This document shows positions 1-14,095 of a stretch of 64,000 bases of DNA, in pieces (within the stretch, counting starts at the first letter, position 1; each line of letters starts with the position of its first letter). The translations under genes were made by a program, and so were the position numbers. The notes below the pieces were generated by a model. The model made no database searches, was not told the origin of the DNA, and saw only the letters and a program-made list of their open reading frames with translations. The stretch is from the NCBI RefSeq assembly GCF_018977255.1, contig NW_024704798.1:248001-312000 (forward strand). The letters are read 5' to 3'. Origin of the DNA: Callorhinchus milii. Lineage: Eukaryota.

Positions 1-3000
1 TTGTGCAGCAATGTCCCACACACAGCAGTAGATGGAGTGACGGATTTGGTGGGTGTTGGGAAACACGAAGCGAAAAATAGCTTAACTTTGGAATCATACC
101 ATAGCATAATGATGCACGTTTTCCCACAGATGTAAAGTCAATTCACTTTACAGTATAATCTGTGAAGCGCTTTGAGACGTCAAGAAGACGTGAAAAGCGC
201 TATGTCAAATGTAAGGATTATTAAAATATTATTATTATCCAGAAGCACAGACACAGAGGGCATCTCTGTTAAACATTTGTTCAGAACTCAGAACTGCTAA
301 CAAGGCAGCACTTCCTCATCACTGCAGCTGGGTGTCAGTAGAGGCAATATCAGTTTGCAGTCCGATATATACACCATTATATGCCATTCAGACATTCTGG
401 CAAAAAGCCAGTTCCACATTATGTTTGGTCTTCAACCCACAGTAGTCTGAATCAGAGGCGAGAGTGAGAGCTACAAACTCAACCAGGCTGAAAGTGTCAA
501 CATATAATGATCTTTCTTTCAAGTATGATTGGAACCTATTGCCATTATGGACAAAAGAAGGCAAACTATATTTGTCGCTAAGTGTAAATCATGTTATAAA
601 GATCATTTGCGGAGTGGAGAGGCAAATGGTCTCCAGGATGTGATAGCAGAGAGTGGGGGCAGATAGCCTGAAAGCCCAATGGTGAGATGGGCAGGGCAGG
701 GCAGGAGACACTGAACAGGCAAAGGGAGGAATCATATCATTTCGTAGGTTGTAAGGAGTTTGCACCGGTCGGTTGGGGCAAAAAGCTCAGAGGGCATTGA
801 AGTTAAGGACTAGGCTATGATCAGCCGGTACCTGGTGGCTCTGACCACTAGGGGATGTGATGGTGGCTTTCATCACCCGGTGGCTATGATCAACCCACTT
901 AAAACATGGACAATCGTGCTTGTATTAAAGGATTTCTTCAATAATGGTTGCAATCGGTTTCATCCCATTCTGCAGCCGTTTCCCCCACAACCTTTATTTT
1001 TCAGTTCCAGATATTGAAGAACTGGTCTCTGATCAGGAAATGTGAATTACTCTCAGCCATGTTTTCATGTTGGGGATGCAACGTCATAACTCCTGTCTGT
1101 GTAATATCTACGAAAATCTCTTTTTGTTGAAGAATACAGTATTTAGCGTGAATTGTTTGAAGTTAGTAGATTGCTTAACACAACATTCCTACTCCTTTGT
1201 GACAAAAGTAAAACTATTTTGTTTTCTTAATTTGCTCTTACGTCTACAACCTCAGCGGCGTTCCTCAAAGTTAATTTTCCTAATGTGTTATTTGGCCGTT
1301 AATTATTTCAGATATCGCCGCAGTTAAATTAATTGGCATTAAATATTATGTGAAAGTTTCCACCCTTGCAGATTAAAAGTTGATCTTTGTTCTTCAAATA
1401 CAGAAAGATCTGCTTCCCCTCTTGTCACCTGAGGTATTCCAGGCTGGAGACTGGCTTTCTTATCTGATTGCAATGTTCTCAAAAACTGACAAGACAGCAG
1501 AGCTGGGGGATCTCTCAAGCTACCCCTTTATTACTGAAAACAAACCAAAGGTAAAGCCCAAAGTACAAACATGTTGCTTTGTTTAATGTTATCCAAATAG
1601 TTACAGTATGTTCTGTTGTTTGTATAGTATATTCTGTGAAGCAACTTGTGATGTCCAGAAGATGTGATAATGCAGCATATCAAATCCAAGCAATATTTTT
1701 ATTAAAGCTGGACCAGGCCTGTTATACAACGACCATGCTTGATATTCAGAGACCATTGACCTTCACTTGAATAATGCATTCTACGTATTGCCCGCACTGA
1801 CAAATGAAGGCGAAAGGTGTTTTGGCGAATAGTATCAATCCATTTGCAATGCTCAGGTTAACGTACATAATGATAGGTTAATCAGCAACACTGCTTCATT
1901 ATTATTGTTCGTGTAGGTCGTGGAGAATGTTAATGCATCCCAGGAAAATGAGTGAAAGTTACAAAAAAAGTCATTTTTGATTTTAACAAGTATCGATGTC
2001 CATGTGAGAGCAATGTTAAACCAATTTGAGTAAATATTATAACCATTCGGACTAATATGTTAATGCGCCACTGTTCGGCAGGAGAGGCCTAATATGTGTG
2101 ATCAAGTATTTGTTGCAATTACTCAGATGAGTTAGCTCTGGTGGGTAGATATGTGGGGTGTAAACCCGACACACATGTGAGCACATTGGCTCCTGAGGTT
2201 TAAATCCCACAGATCTTTAATCTACAGTGTTTGAGAGGCCTGTAATTATAGCACTTAAACTCTCGTGAATATTCTGTTTTGCTGTTACACATTTGTTCTT
2301 TGCTGTTATATTTTTGGCGTCATTTTGACAAAATTATAACTGTAATAAAAGTGGCTTCAGATAACTCGACCTAATTTGGTATTTTGTCCGTTATTTACTT
2401 CAACCGCACATGCGGGTCCTGCTGCAAATAACATGACAATCTGTGGTGTAGTCCGTGTCGACTAAAATGTTCTTTATCTCTACGTATGATCTGCCTCAGC
2501 AGCTTCCGCTGCCAGAAGTCTTCATCCCTCAACGTCCACTCCGTTCCCACCAACACCCACCCACCCCTCTCCTCCAACCCGCAATTCCCGTCTCTTTTTC
2601 TCTCGGTTTCACACACAAAAACACAGCTGATTTCAATCACGAAACACTGTTGTCGGCCACCACTTGCAAAAGTAATTATTAGCCCGGGAATTGCTTCAAT
2701 TTCAAATTCCAGATCCGTCAGCAAAGCACCAGAAACTCAATTTTAATGTTAATATAATCTTGGCTTTGCCTTTCGCTGTACACACATACATACAACACAC
2801 GTCTTATGGCAGGAAAGAAGCAGCAGCTCAGATGTTATCTGACAGCAGTTTCAATTGTAACTTTTTAAAACCAAAGTGGCATCACAGAGCCTTAGCAATG
2901 TATAGCTCAGAAGAAAGTCATTCATAATGTGTGTGACCAAATGATATTACACTGATTGACATGAGGTAGTTCTGGTGGGCAGAGATGTCGGGTATGAAGA

Positions 3001-3405
3001 CAACTCAGATGTCAGCACATTGGCCTCTGAGGATTAAATCCCATAGTGACTTGTTCCTACAGCGTTTCAGAGACCTGAAATTACAGCACAGAAACGCTCA
3101 GGATGATCGGTTTGTTGTTACATAGTTTATTGTTTGCTGTTGCAATTACTGGTGTCATTGTTCACAATTCTAATATAATAATATTTACATAACTTGATCT
3201 GTTGTGTTAAATTGGCCGTTATTTACTTCGACTTCACAACCAGATCCTGCAGCAAAGCACCAGGAAGTCTGTGGTGCAGCTCGTGTCGACTAAAATAATT
3301 TTTATCTCTCTGTGTGATCTGCCTCTGCAGATTCCGCTGCCAGTCCTCCTCGTCAACATCATCCTACCAACCTTCCCCCACTCAACACCCCCCACACACC
3401 CCCCA

Positions 3406-3457
<52 letters not shown>

Positions 3458-4224
3458 AACACACATACACATATTCGAACACTGTGGATTTAATGAAGGA
3501 AAAATATCGGTAGCTCAGACGTTATCGGGCATCAGTTGCAAATGTAAATCTTTAGTCCTCAAAGATGCATCACAGTGTCTTAGAAATTACAGCACAAAAG
3601 AAAGACATGTGTTGGACGTGTTTTTGGAAGTAAAACGTGTTTAGTCTAATTCACCTGTCTTTCCCTGTACTATTGGAGGTTACTTCTGATTCACAAAAGA
3701 GAGACAAGATCAAAGTGAGTTTAATTCAGAGAGTGGGAAATGAAACAATATTTTAAATAAAACTATATTCACCTTGAAATAGACAACCGCACAGCAGCAC
3801 AGACATTGGAGCTCAGAGCCTCAGGAGGACACGGGTACCCAGGGCAGGGCACAGACATTGGAGCTCAGAGACTGTGGAGCTGATGGACATTCAGGGCAGA
3901 CTCAATAACAGTTGAGACAAGAGTTGTTGCTGGTTACAAAGCCAGAGTTACAGTAATCGTTCGAGTCCAGAGATTATAACGTAAAATTGAGCAGCTTCTA
4001 TATTGGGAGATTTAGTGTTTCAACCAATGATAACCAACGGCTTCACACAACGGAGCCAAGCGGCGAGACACTGAGAGCGCGTCCCAGTCACTACACTTAG
4101 AGTACAGTGGGAAATCGGCCAAAATATGATGAAGCAATGGTTAGTAAACCAGAAATAGAAAAGGAGAGACACGAGTAGGTCTAAACAACGGCGACTGAAA
4201 GAGATAGAGAAAAAGACATGCTTC

Positions 4225-4440
4225 TCCAACCCCGAGTCTATCCATCTCTGAGCCTCACCAGCCCTGATACCGCTCCAGCCCTGGAACTCTCCAGCCCTGA
4301 GCCTCTCCAACTGTGAGACTCTCCAGCCCTGAACCTCTCCAGTCCTGTGCCTCTCCATCCCTAATCCTCTCCAGCTCTGAGCCTCTCTTGCCCTTAGCCT
4401 CTGTAGCCCTAAGCATCTCTGGCACCCAGTCTCTCCTGCC
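4225..4440 (+). repeat. Degenerate ~16-bp tandem repeat (cctctccagccctgag) in module B; also ~11260-11450 and ~18220-18410
   Basis: Repeated ctctcca/ccctga motifs at ~16-bp spacing. Confidence 0.75.
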
Positions 4441-4585
4441 CAATGTCTTAGGAGGCCTGAGTGCTCAGGAGCGGCTCAGCACTGAGACTCAATGTGAGTG
4501 TTGGGTCGCTTGGCGCTCTCTCTGTTTCTCTCTCTCTCTCTGGAAACAGCAACCGTAAACACACAACAAATGATTGCATAATCTT

Positions 4586-4916
4586 ATAATAATAATAATA
4601 ATAATAATCCTTGCATTTGATAAAGCGCTTTTCACGTCGGATGGACGTCCCATAGCGCTTCACAGAACACACTGTAAAGTGAATTGACTGTAAACTTGTG
4701 GGCGAACGCGGCAGCCAATTGCGCACAGCAATGTCCCACAAACAGTCGTAGACTGAAAATGCCAATTTTATTATTGTTTTTGGTTTTGGAGGGATTATTA
4801 TTAGGCTCTGTGTGGAGTAAGGAAACTTGCCCAAGGTTTCGCCCTCTGCCGGGAATTGAACTCAGGTCTCTCGCTTGCAAAGCGAGTGCTCTAACCACTG
4901 AGCTACAGGACTCCAC
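4586..4916 (-). mobile_element. Full-length tRNA-Ala-derived SINE with Deu-like core and L2/CR1-like 3' tail ending in (ATT)n; paralogous copies at 11602-11929 and 18564-18892
   Basis: Reverse complement starts gtggagtcctgtagctcagtggttagagcactcgctttgcaagcgagag (A box, TGC anticodon loop, B box), continues with core tgtgggacattgctgtgcgcaattggctgccgcg, and ends gaagcgct..gggacg..cgtgaaaagcgct..aaatgcaaggattatt. Confidence 0.9.
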
Positions 4917-7191
4917 TCCATCTTATGTTTTATGCTGTCAAACCATTTATATTGCTGCAGGAGACGCTGGAGGAGTTTTGCTTGGAAACATTTTTAAAAA
5001 AATAATTGTTTGTTTTTGATGAAAATGTAACTTTTAGTTTAAAGCAAAGGCTTCAATTCGCTGCAGGTTGCCTGCAGTTGCTCGGATGATGTGCAGGATG
5101 GGATTATATTCTGTGCGGCATTTGTGTTCATGGCCTACATGTGTTTGCATTCTCAGCGCCGCTGTTTGTCTTTGTGTCTGTCTGCATTTTTCTACCTGAT
5201 GAGTAACTGGCTTCCCACGTTGCGACATATGTTTAAATCATTTTGGTGTGTGTGCTTGTGAGTGTGTGAGTGTGTGTGTGCATGAATTTGTGTATGTGTG
5301 CGGGTGTGTACATGGTGTGTTGCTAGTTTTAGTGTAGTGTAAATATCCGCTGCAGTGTTTCCATCCTCTGTAAGTTTGTGCTGGAACCGCTCTGAGTGGC
5401 AGATACTGAACTGTGGAGCCTGATGTAATTGACTCGCTCCCATCTCCGCATTTGGAGCAAGAGTTTCACATTCAGTAGGAAACCGGTAATAGTCTCGGAG
5501 GCATTTTCATTTGCTGGGATACGTTTGCAGTACTTTTTGCACAGAATATCTTGTCGGCTGCATTTTATATCTGTTCACGTCATGTAACAGACTATCACCC
5601 AGACAGTAAAATAGTGAGACTTCGTTCTGTGGGATCTGCACTCATAATCTTGACTGGTTTATGCAAGGCACAGGGACAAGTTGGCAAAGTCACTGTGTGT
5701 GTCAGACATTTACACTGAGAATGCAGTCAGGATGACTGAAACCTTGACCTGTCCCTTCACTGGGGAGAGGTCTGGGTGAGGGTGTGTTCAAGTTGAGCAG
5801 CACTGGGCCCCACGCTCTCTGCCGCTGGTGATCAGACACAGAGGCTGAGAAGGCTCAACAATAAACTCACAGAATCTCACTGTAGTTATGTATAAAATAT
5901 ATCTGTGTACGTCGACTTATGGTCCAAAGCTTTTATTTAAATTAAAAGTTTTATTCATGTGCTGATGCCTAAGCTTGTCTCGATTTTTAAACAGGAGCCA
6001 GAGTCATGTCACCCCCTCCCACTATAGTGATGGCCTACAGTGTGATCATTCACAAGGTCAACATTGATCACTTTCCTTTCAATACCCGAAAGAGGAAGGC
6101 GAGATTATATATAACCATTCAAACTTTATTTAAAAAATGATCAAGTAAGACAATGAACAGTTGTGCTAACATAATTAATTTAATTTTAAACTGTATTTCT
6201 GATCACATTTTGTACAAGGCTTTGAGCAAGTTTCTCTTAAACCAAACACACACCTGCATTACGATTTAAGAACATCAGAATTTCTTCGGCTGAAAAAGAC
6301 CACGGTCCTTCTAGTTCGCCTTCCACCAACCGGACAGTCGCTTCAAATGTCTTGTGCCAAAACATATACTGTGTCCCGAGACATTATTTTCTTGCAGAAA
6401 CCTATCTCAATTGATCCTGAAATGAAGCACTTTTATCCTCATGGTCACGCTGTGCAGCCTGTTCCATACTTTTACTCTTCGTGCACTGAAGTAATGTTTC
6501 GGAACGTTTCTTCTGAATTTACCCTCCTTCACCGCACGCCCTGTCCTTTGGTTCCACTCTTCAGAATAAGATAAAACAGCTTTTCATATTCCTCATTTTA
6601 CCCCCATTGGCTGCTACATTTCCCCTCCAAAATAGTCAGTCCCTTCACTTGGCCGTGTATTCTGTGAAGCGCTTGGAGACGTCTCAATGAAATGATCAGG
6701 CGCTATAACATTGGTGCGTGTTATTACATGCAATGCAATGTAACATGATGGAAATATATAGATTGCAAAGTGTGTGGATCAAATTGTGCGTCCATCTCCC
6801 ATCAAGAACACAAGAGAGATGTTGGGGCTGCACATTGATCCACATCCCCCCCCTCACATACCCAGTATCTGCAATACTGCTGGACACATACAATGCACAA
6901 ATGTTTGATGGCCCATCTCAACTCATGAGCCACATTTCCGCCATTGGTCTCTCAGGAAGCACGATCAAAGAGAAAAGACGGGCAATTATATCCATATACG
7001 GTAATATCACCGCTCATTGGTGAATCTTATGAGGCGAATGCTTCATTTTATACATATCAACAATCTATTGGTTACAGGACAGAGACATTGGTTTGTGGTG
7101 AGCTGTTGTCCGGTGCTGTAGGGTCAAGACTGTAGTGGTTGACAGCACTCGCTTGATGTCCCTCACATTACTATCACACTGTCCAGTTGTG

Positions 7192-7237
7192 ATGCTGCGG
7201 TCAGTGGTCATCTACCTTCTTCTCCATACGCTGACAT
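7192..7237 (+). CDS. Orphan signal-peptide exon MLRSVVIYLLLHTLT, phase-1 donor (copy 1)
   Basis: ATG, 15 hydrophobic-rich codons, then T|gtaagt; 46 nt is a typical leader-exon size. No adjacent V exon found downstream on +. Confidence 0.55.
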
Positions 7238-8559
7238 GTAAGTTAATGGTTTCTGATATATCTTCATCATAATCACATTGTTTGTGTTATTATTAATAAT
7301 AAACGAAGGTGGTTATTCTCTGTTACTCCTGACCACTTTACACACTGATCGTGTAATAGAATCAAGTTATATTTACTGAATTGCAATTTGGTATATGGCG
7401 TTTCATGGTGTTGGTAAATTTTAAAGTGAAAAAAAGGGAAACGGGCAAAAGAAAGTTTAATTTTTGATCGAGATATGGGAAATGTTTGGATCATTTTCCC
7501 AATCATTCACGAAGAAAATTTTTTTTGTCTGAAAAACGGATTGCTGTGGAAATACATAAACCATTTCTGATATAGTGAAAACTGTTAAAATATTGAATTG
7601 AGTACATTGGAGGCAATTGCCTGTGAGTCCTGGAGAAATGTGAATGGTCAGCAATGGTCAGTGTTGTAATTCTAAGCAGATTATGTGTCACGTGAATTCT
7701 GTAATATTTTTGATGGTTTTAGATAATGCATTAAATAATATTCTGGCTTGGTTGCTGGTTTGTTTTACTTTACAGTTCAAATATGAGCAGTTTATCAGCA
7801 ATAACTAACATGTATTGAGTTGAATTCCCTGCTGTTGGTGGAGGCCACAGTAGCTCTTGATTTAAAGTTAAATATTTGAACGGATTATGAAAATGTTTCT
7901 ATTAAGCTTTTTTGATTGAACGTTACTTGCGTATTACTCGCACGTGAAGCAAGGTTTCAACACAAATATTGCCTTTCCGCATACGGTTCTGTTGCTTTTC
8001 ATCAGAGGGGAAAGAGGCAGAGAGTTGGGGGAAAGAGGCAGCGAGTCGGGGGTCTGGGGGATGGAGTTCCCGAGCGCAGAGACTGAATGGCTGAATCTAT
8101 TCCTATTTTGGGTTCCGTATTTTGCTTTATTTATTGACTCAAAAGAAAAGGATCGACTGTTGTTGTCCAAGAACTACAACTGACAGTGAAGACCTGACAC
8201 TGATGGACTCGGTCTTGCTATAGTGAAGCTGTTTCTGGGGTAGTTTCTCCTGTTCAGCACCAGCGCTGCTCTGAGCAATGAGAAGACACTTGTTTAGTGA
8301 GACAAAGAGACTGAGAAATGTGTAGATATAACATGTCTTCAATTTAAAATTTTATCAAAATAATATTGATTGTATCACAATAAAATAAAAGCTAAAGTTT
8401 TTGAATACATCGGCAAATACGCAATTTGTAAAAGTAAATTGGTTTATGTAAAAAAAAGAACCATTGAGTTAAACACATCAGTAAATGTTCCATTCCAGTG
8501 CACGATATTTAATTATTTATTTGCTCATTGCTCTTGATAGCGGTACATAAGCAGATTTT

Positions 8560-8923
8560 TTTCTGCATTGATTTAGAAGCGGAGATAAGAAAATGCTGAT
8601 TGTTTCAAAGATATTTACAAACTCTTAGACATTTTTCAAAATCATTTATTTTGATTTTTCTTCTACTTTTTCAACTAAAGATTTTACAACCTTTCCATGC
8701 AAAAAGAAGTCAATACACATGGGGTTCATATACAGCTCCCGGTTCCCGTGTTGTAAACACCGGCTGAAGCTTTCCGTCCTGCGCCGCTGCTATTGACGGT
8801 AATCGATCTGGAGGATTGGATCATTACAGACTGAGAGCATTAACTTAGCGAGAGCCGAGGACAGGTCCCTGAGAAAAACATACATTAAATCAGTAACATA
8901 GGGACCATCATCCACAGAACCAT
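8560..8923 (-). pseudogene. Possible heavily decayed V-like segment in module C (copies ~22540-22886, ~26550-26899)
   Basis: Leader-like MVLWMMVPMLLI*-T|gtatgt, FR1-like SVMIQS(S/T)RSITV, and later HVYW. In the 22.7 kb copy FS(R)VYNT has CGT where the Cys TGT would lie. Multiple stops and shifts, no RSS. Confidence 0.3.
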
Positions 8924-9638
8924 AGCCAGAGCCACGCTGCCCTGTGTGGGTGTCTCTGTGTCTCTGTCCTCACTGTAACTGCAGCTGAGATACAATAGCT
9001 CAGGTTTACAGGACAGTGTCGGGGAACAGCCTCACGGCTCTGACCCTCAACGGCTTTGATGTTTATATTGACCACAATCATGACGAGGAGTGAAAAGGAA
9101 AATAAATGTAAATAATAAGCGAACATATGCAGAATCATATTCAGTACTGTACCTGCCCCTTATTGCAATACTGATCAATATTCTTCACACCAGTATTGGT
9201 TATAATAATAGTAATATATAATAATAATATTTTATGTGTTCGGGTGAGTTAAATAAAATTCTTGTATTGAATACTGTGCTGATCATGTCTTCAAGAAAAC
9301 TCAGAGAGTTTCACATGATGCACGTCAAGTAAATTGACTTTAAAGAGAAATGCAGCAGCTGACTTTGCACAGCCGTGTCCAACACAGACTTGGATTGAGT
9401 AATCATATTATTATTATTATTATTATTATTGACCAATGCTCTGTCAGCCTGACTCCCCAGCTCTTCCCTACACAAGCTGCAGCCCAGCCAGATCCTGCGG
9501 CTCTTGTCCTCTCCAGCACCAGCCATGGCAGTCTGTCAGCATTGCCTCACATGGCTATTTGGAGAGGACAGGACCCACAGGGTCCGGGTGGTCTGTAGCT
9601 TGTGTTGTGAAGAGCTGTACAGAGCAAACTTCTCCAGG

Positions 9639-10424
9639 AAAAACACAGCTGATTTCAATCACGAAACACTGTTGTCGGCCACCACTTGCAAAAGTAATTA
9701 TTAGCCCGGGAATTGCTTCAATTTCAAATTCCAGATCCGTCAGCAAAGCACCAGAAACTCAATTTTAATGTTAATATAATCTTGGCTTTGCCTTTCGCTG
9801 TACACACATACATACAACACACGTCTTATGGCAGGAAAGAAGCAGCAGCTCAGATGTTATCTGACAGCAGTTTCAATTGTAACTTTTTAAAACCAAAGTG
9901 GCATCACAGAGCCTTAGCAATGTATAGCTCAGAAGAAAGTCATTCATAATGTGTGTGACCAAATGATATTACACTGATTGACATGAGGTAGTTCTGGTGG
10001 GCAGAGATGTCGGGTATGAAGACAACTCAGATGTCAGCACATTGGCCTCTGAGGATTAAATCCCATAGTGACTTGTTCCTACAGCGTTTCAGAGACCTGA
10101 AATTACAGCACAGAAACGCTCAGGATGATCGGTTTGTTGTTACATAGTTTATTGTTTGCTGTTGCAATTACTGGTGTCATTGTTCACAATTCTAATATAA
10201 TAATATTTACATAACTTGATCTGTTGTGCTAAATTGGCCGTTATTTACTTCGACTTGACAACCAGATCCTGCAGCAAAGCACCAGGAAGTCTGTGGTGCA
10301 GATCGTGTCGACTAAAATAATTTTTATCTCTCTGTGTGATCTGCCTCTGCAGATTCCGCTGCCAGTCCTCCTCGTCAACATCATCCTACCAACTTTCCTC
10401 CACTCAACACCCCCCAAACACCCC

Positions 10425-10474
<50 letters not shown>

Positions 10475-13400
10475 AACACACATACACATATTCGAACACT
10501 GTGGATTTAATGAAGGAAAAATATCGGTAGCTCAGACGTTATCGGGCATCAGTTGCAAATGTAAATCTTTAGTCCTCAAAGATGCATCACAGTGTCTTAG
10601 AAATTACAGCACAAAAGAAAGACATGTGTTGGACGTGTTTTTGGAAGTAAAACGTGTTTAGTCTAATTCACCTGTCTTTCCCTGTACCATTGGAGCTTAC
10701 TTCTGATTCACAAAAGAGAGACAAGATCAAAGTGAGTTTAATTCAGAGAGTGGGAAATGAAACAATATTTTAAAAAAACTATATTCACGCTGAAATAGAC
10801 AACCGCACAGCAACACAGACATTGGAGCTCAGAGCCTCAGGAGGACACGGGTACCCAGGGCAGGTGCACAAACATTGGAGCTCAGAGACTGTGGAGCTGA
10901 TGGACATTCAGGGCAGACTCAATAACAGTTGAGACAAGAGTTGTTGCTGGTTACAAAGCCAGAGTTACAGTAATCGTTCGAGTCCAGAGATTATAACGTA
11001 AAATTGAGCAGCTTCTATATTGGGAGATTTAGTGTTTCAACCAATGATAACCAACGGCTTCACACAACGGAGCCAAGCGGCGAGACACTGAGAGCGCGTC
11101 CCAGTCACTACACTTAGAGTACAGTGGGAAATCGGCCAAAATATGATGAAGCAATGGTTAGTAAACCAGAAATAGAAAAGGAGAGACACGAGTAGGTCTA
11201 AACAACGGCGACTGAAAGAGATAGAGAAAAAGACATGCTTCTCCAACCCCGAGTCTATCCATCTCTGAGCCTCACCAGCCCTGATACCGCTCCAGCCCTG
11301 AACTCTCCAGCCCTGAGCCTCTCCAACTGTGAGACTCTCCAGCCCTGAACCTCTCCAGTCCTGTGCCTCTCCATCCCTAATCCTCTCCAGCTCTGAGCCT
11401 CTCTTGCCCTTAGCCTCTGTAGCCCTAAGCATCTCTGGCACCCAGTCTCTCCTGCCCAATGTCTTAGGAGGCCTGAGTGCTCAGGAGCGGCTCAGCACTG
11501 AGACTCAATGTGAGTGTTGGGTCGCTTGGCGCTCTCTCTGTTTCTCTCTCTCTCTCTGGACACAGCAACCGTAAACACACAACAAATGATTGCATAATCT
11601 TATAATAATAATAATAATAATAATCCTTGCATTTGATAAGCGCTTTTCACGTCGGATGGACGTCCCAAGCGCTTCACAGAACACACTGTAAAGTGAATTG
11701 ACTGTAAATTGTGGGCGAACGCGGCAGCCAATTGCGCACAGCAATGTCCCACAAACAGTCGTAGACTGAAAATGCCAATTTTATTATTGTTTTTGGTTTT
11801 GGAGGGATTATTATTAGGCTCTGTGTGGAGTAAGGAAACTTGCCCAAGGTTTCGCCCTCTGCCGGGAATTGAACTCAGGTCTCTCGCTTGCAAAGCGAGT
11901 GCTCTAACCACTGAGCTACAGGACTCCACTCCATCTTATGTTTTATGCTGTCAAACCATTTATATTGCTGCAGGAGACGCTGGAGGAGTTTTGCTTGGAA
12001 ACATTTTTAAAAAAATAATTGTTTGTTTTTGATGAAAATGTAACTTTTAGTTTAAAGCAAAGGCTTCAATTCGCTGCAGGTTGCCTGCAGTTGCTCGGAT
12101 GATGTGCAGGATGGGATTATATTCTGTGCGGCATTTGTGTTCATGGCCTACATGTGTTTGCATTCTCAGCGCCGCTGTTTGTCTTTGTGTCTGTCTGCAT
12201 TTTTCTACCTGATGAGTAACTGGCTTCCCACGTTGCGACATATGTTTAAATCATTTGGTGTGTGTGCTTGTGAGTGTGTGAGTGTGTGTGTGCATGAATT
12301 TGTGTATGTGTGCGGGTGTGTACATGGTGTGTTGCTAGTTTTAGTGTAGTCTAAATATCCGCTGCAGTGTTTCCAACCTCTGTAAGTTTGTGCTACAAGC
12401 GCTCTGAGTGGCAGATACTGAACTGTGGAGCCTGATGTAATTGACTCGCTTCCATCTCCGCATTTGGAGCAAGAGTTTCACATTCAGTAGGAAACCGGTA
12501 ATAGTCTCGGAGGCATTTTCATTTGCTGGGATACGTTTGCAGTACTTTTTGCACAGAATATCTTGTCGGCTGCATTTTAAATCTGTTCATGTCATGTAAC
12601 AGACTATCACCCAGACAGTAAAATAGTGAGACTACGTTCTGTGGGATCTGCACTCATAATCTTGACTGGTTTATGCAAGGCACAGGGACAAGTTGGCAAA
12701 GTCACTGTGTGTGTCAGACATTTACACTGAGAATGCAGTCAGGATGACTGAAACCTTGACCTGTCCCTTCATCAGGGAGAAGTCTGGGTGAGGGTGTGTT
12801 CAAGTTGAGCAGCACTGGGCCCCACGCTCTCTGCCGCTGGTGATCAGACACAGAGGCTGAGAAGGCTCAACAATAAACTCACAGAATCTCACTGTAGTTA
12901 TGTATAAAAATATCTGTGTACGTCGACTTATGGTCCAAAGCTTTTATTTAAATTAAAAGTTTTATTCATGTGCTGATGCCTAAGCTTGTCTCGATTTTTA
13001 AACAGGAGCCAGAGTCATGTCACCCCCTCCCACTATAGTGATGGCCTACAGTGTGATCATTCACAAGGTCAACATTGATCACTTTCCTTTCAATACCCGA
13101 AAGAGGAAGGAGAGATTATATATAACCATTCAAACTTTATTTAAAAAATGATCAAGTAAGACAATGAACAGTTGTGCTAACATAATTAATTTTATTTTAA
13201 ACTGTATTTCTGATCACATTTTATACAAGGCTTTGAGCAAGTTTATCTTAAAGCAACACACACCTGCATTACGATTTAAAATCATCAGAATTTCTTCGGC
13301 TAAAAAAGACCACGGTCCTTCTAGTTCGCCTTCCACCATCCGGACAGTCGCTTCAAATGTCTTGTGCCAAAACATATACTGTGTCCCGAGACATTATTTT

Positions 13401-14095
13401 CTTGCAGAAACCTATCTCAACTGATCCTGAAATAAGCACTTTTCCTCATGGTCACGCTGTGCAGCCTGTTCCATACGTTTACTCTTCGTGCACTGAAGTA
13501 ATGTTTCGGAACATTTCTTCTGAATTTACCCTCCTTCATCGCAGGCCGTGTGCTCTGGTTCCATTCTTCAGAATAAGATAAAACAGCTTTTCATTATTCC
13601 TCATTTTACCCCCATTGGCGGCTACGTTTTGCCCCTAAAATATCAGTCACTTCACTTGGCCGTGTATTCTGTGAAGCGCTTTGTGACGTCTCAATTAAAT
13701 GATCAGGCACTATAGCATTGGTGCGTGTTATTATATGCAATGCAATGTAACATAACGAAAATGGATAGATTGCAAAGTGTGTGGATCAAATTGTGCGTCC
13801 ATCTCCCATCAAGAACACAAGAGAGATGTTGGGGCTGCACATTGATCCACATCCCCCCCTCACATACCCCAGTATCTGTAATCCTGCTGGACACATACAA
13901 TGCACAAATGTTTGATGGCCCATCTCAACTCATGAGCCACATTTCCGCCATTGGTCTCTCAGGAAGCACGATCAAAGAGAAAAGAGGGCAATTATATCCA
14001 TATACGGTAATATCACGCTCATTGGTGAATCTCAGGCGAATGCTTCATTTTATACCTATCAACAATCTATTGGTTATATGGACAGAGACATTGGT
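9639..14095 (+). repeat. Second copy of module B, bounded by sharp junctions
   Basis: At 9638/9639 module C (…cttctccagg) is joined to sequence matching 2617 (aaaaacacagctg). At 14095/14096 sequence matching ~7095 is joined to sequence matching 90 (ggaatcatacc). Confidence 0.95.

Larger units (their letters stand above)
1..9638 (+). repeat. Segmental duplication block, copy 1 (modules A ~90-2616, B 2617-7095, C 7096-9638)
   Basis: Near-identical to 14096-23620 (offset ~14 kb). Module B also recurs at 9639-14095. Confidence 0.95.

Noticed and set aside
4020-4358. 112-140 aa ORFs with a hydrophobic stretch in module B, and 111-aa ORFs over 4684-5019
   Set aside because: They are built from the 16-bp repeat or antisense SINE sequence; conservation only reflects recent duplication.
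5330-5800. V-like words on the minus strand of module B (LTQTSP, DCIL, SLFYC, PPRLL, SERF)
   Set aside because: The motifs are in inconsistent order and frames, Cys-Cys spacing is only ~40 codons, there are several stops and no RSS; compatible with chance.
9526-9638. CxxC-W-x13-CxxC ORF resembling a CR1 ORF1 zinc finger
   Set aside because: The other two copies (23.5 kb, 27.5 kb) have an extra base that breaks the frame between the two CxxC, and no further ORF1 similarity follows.
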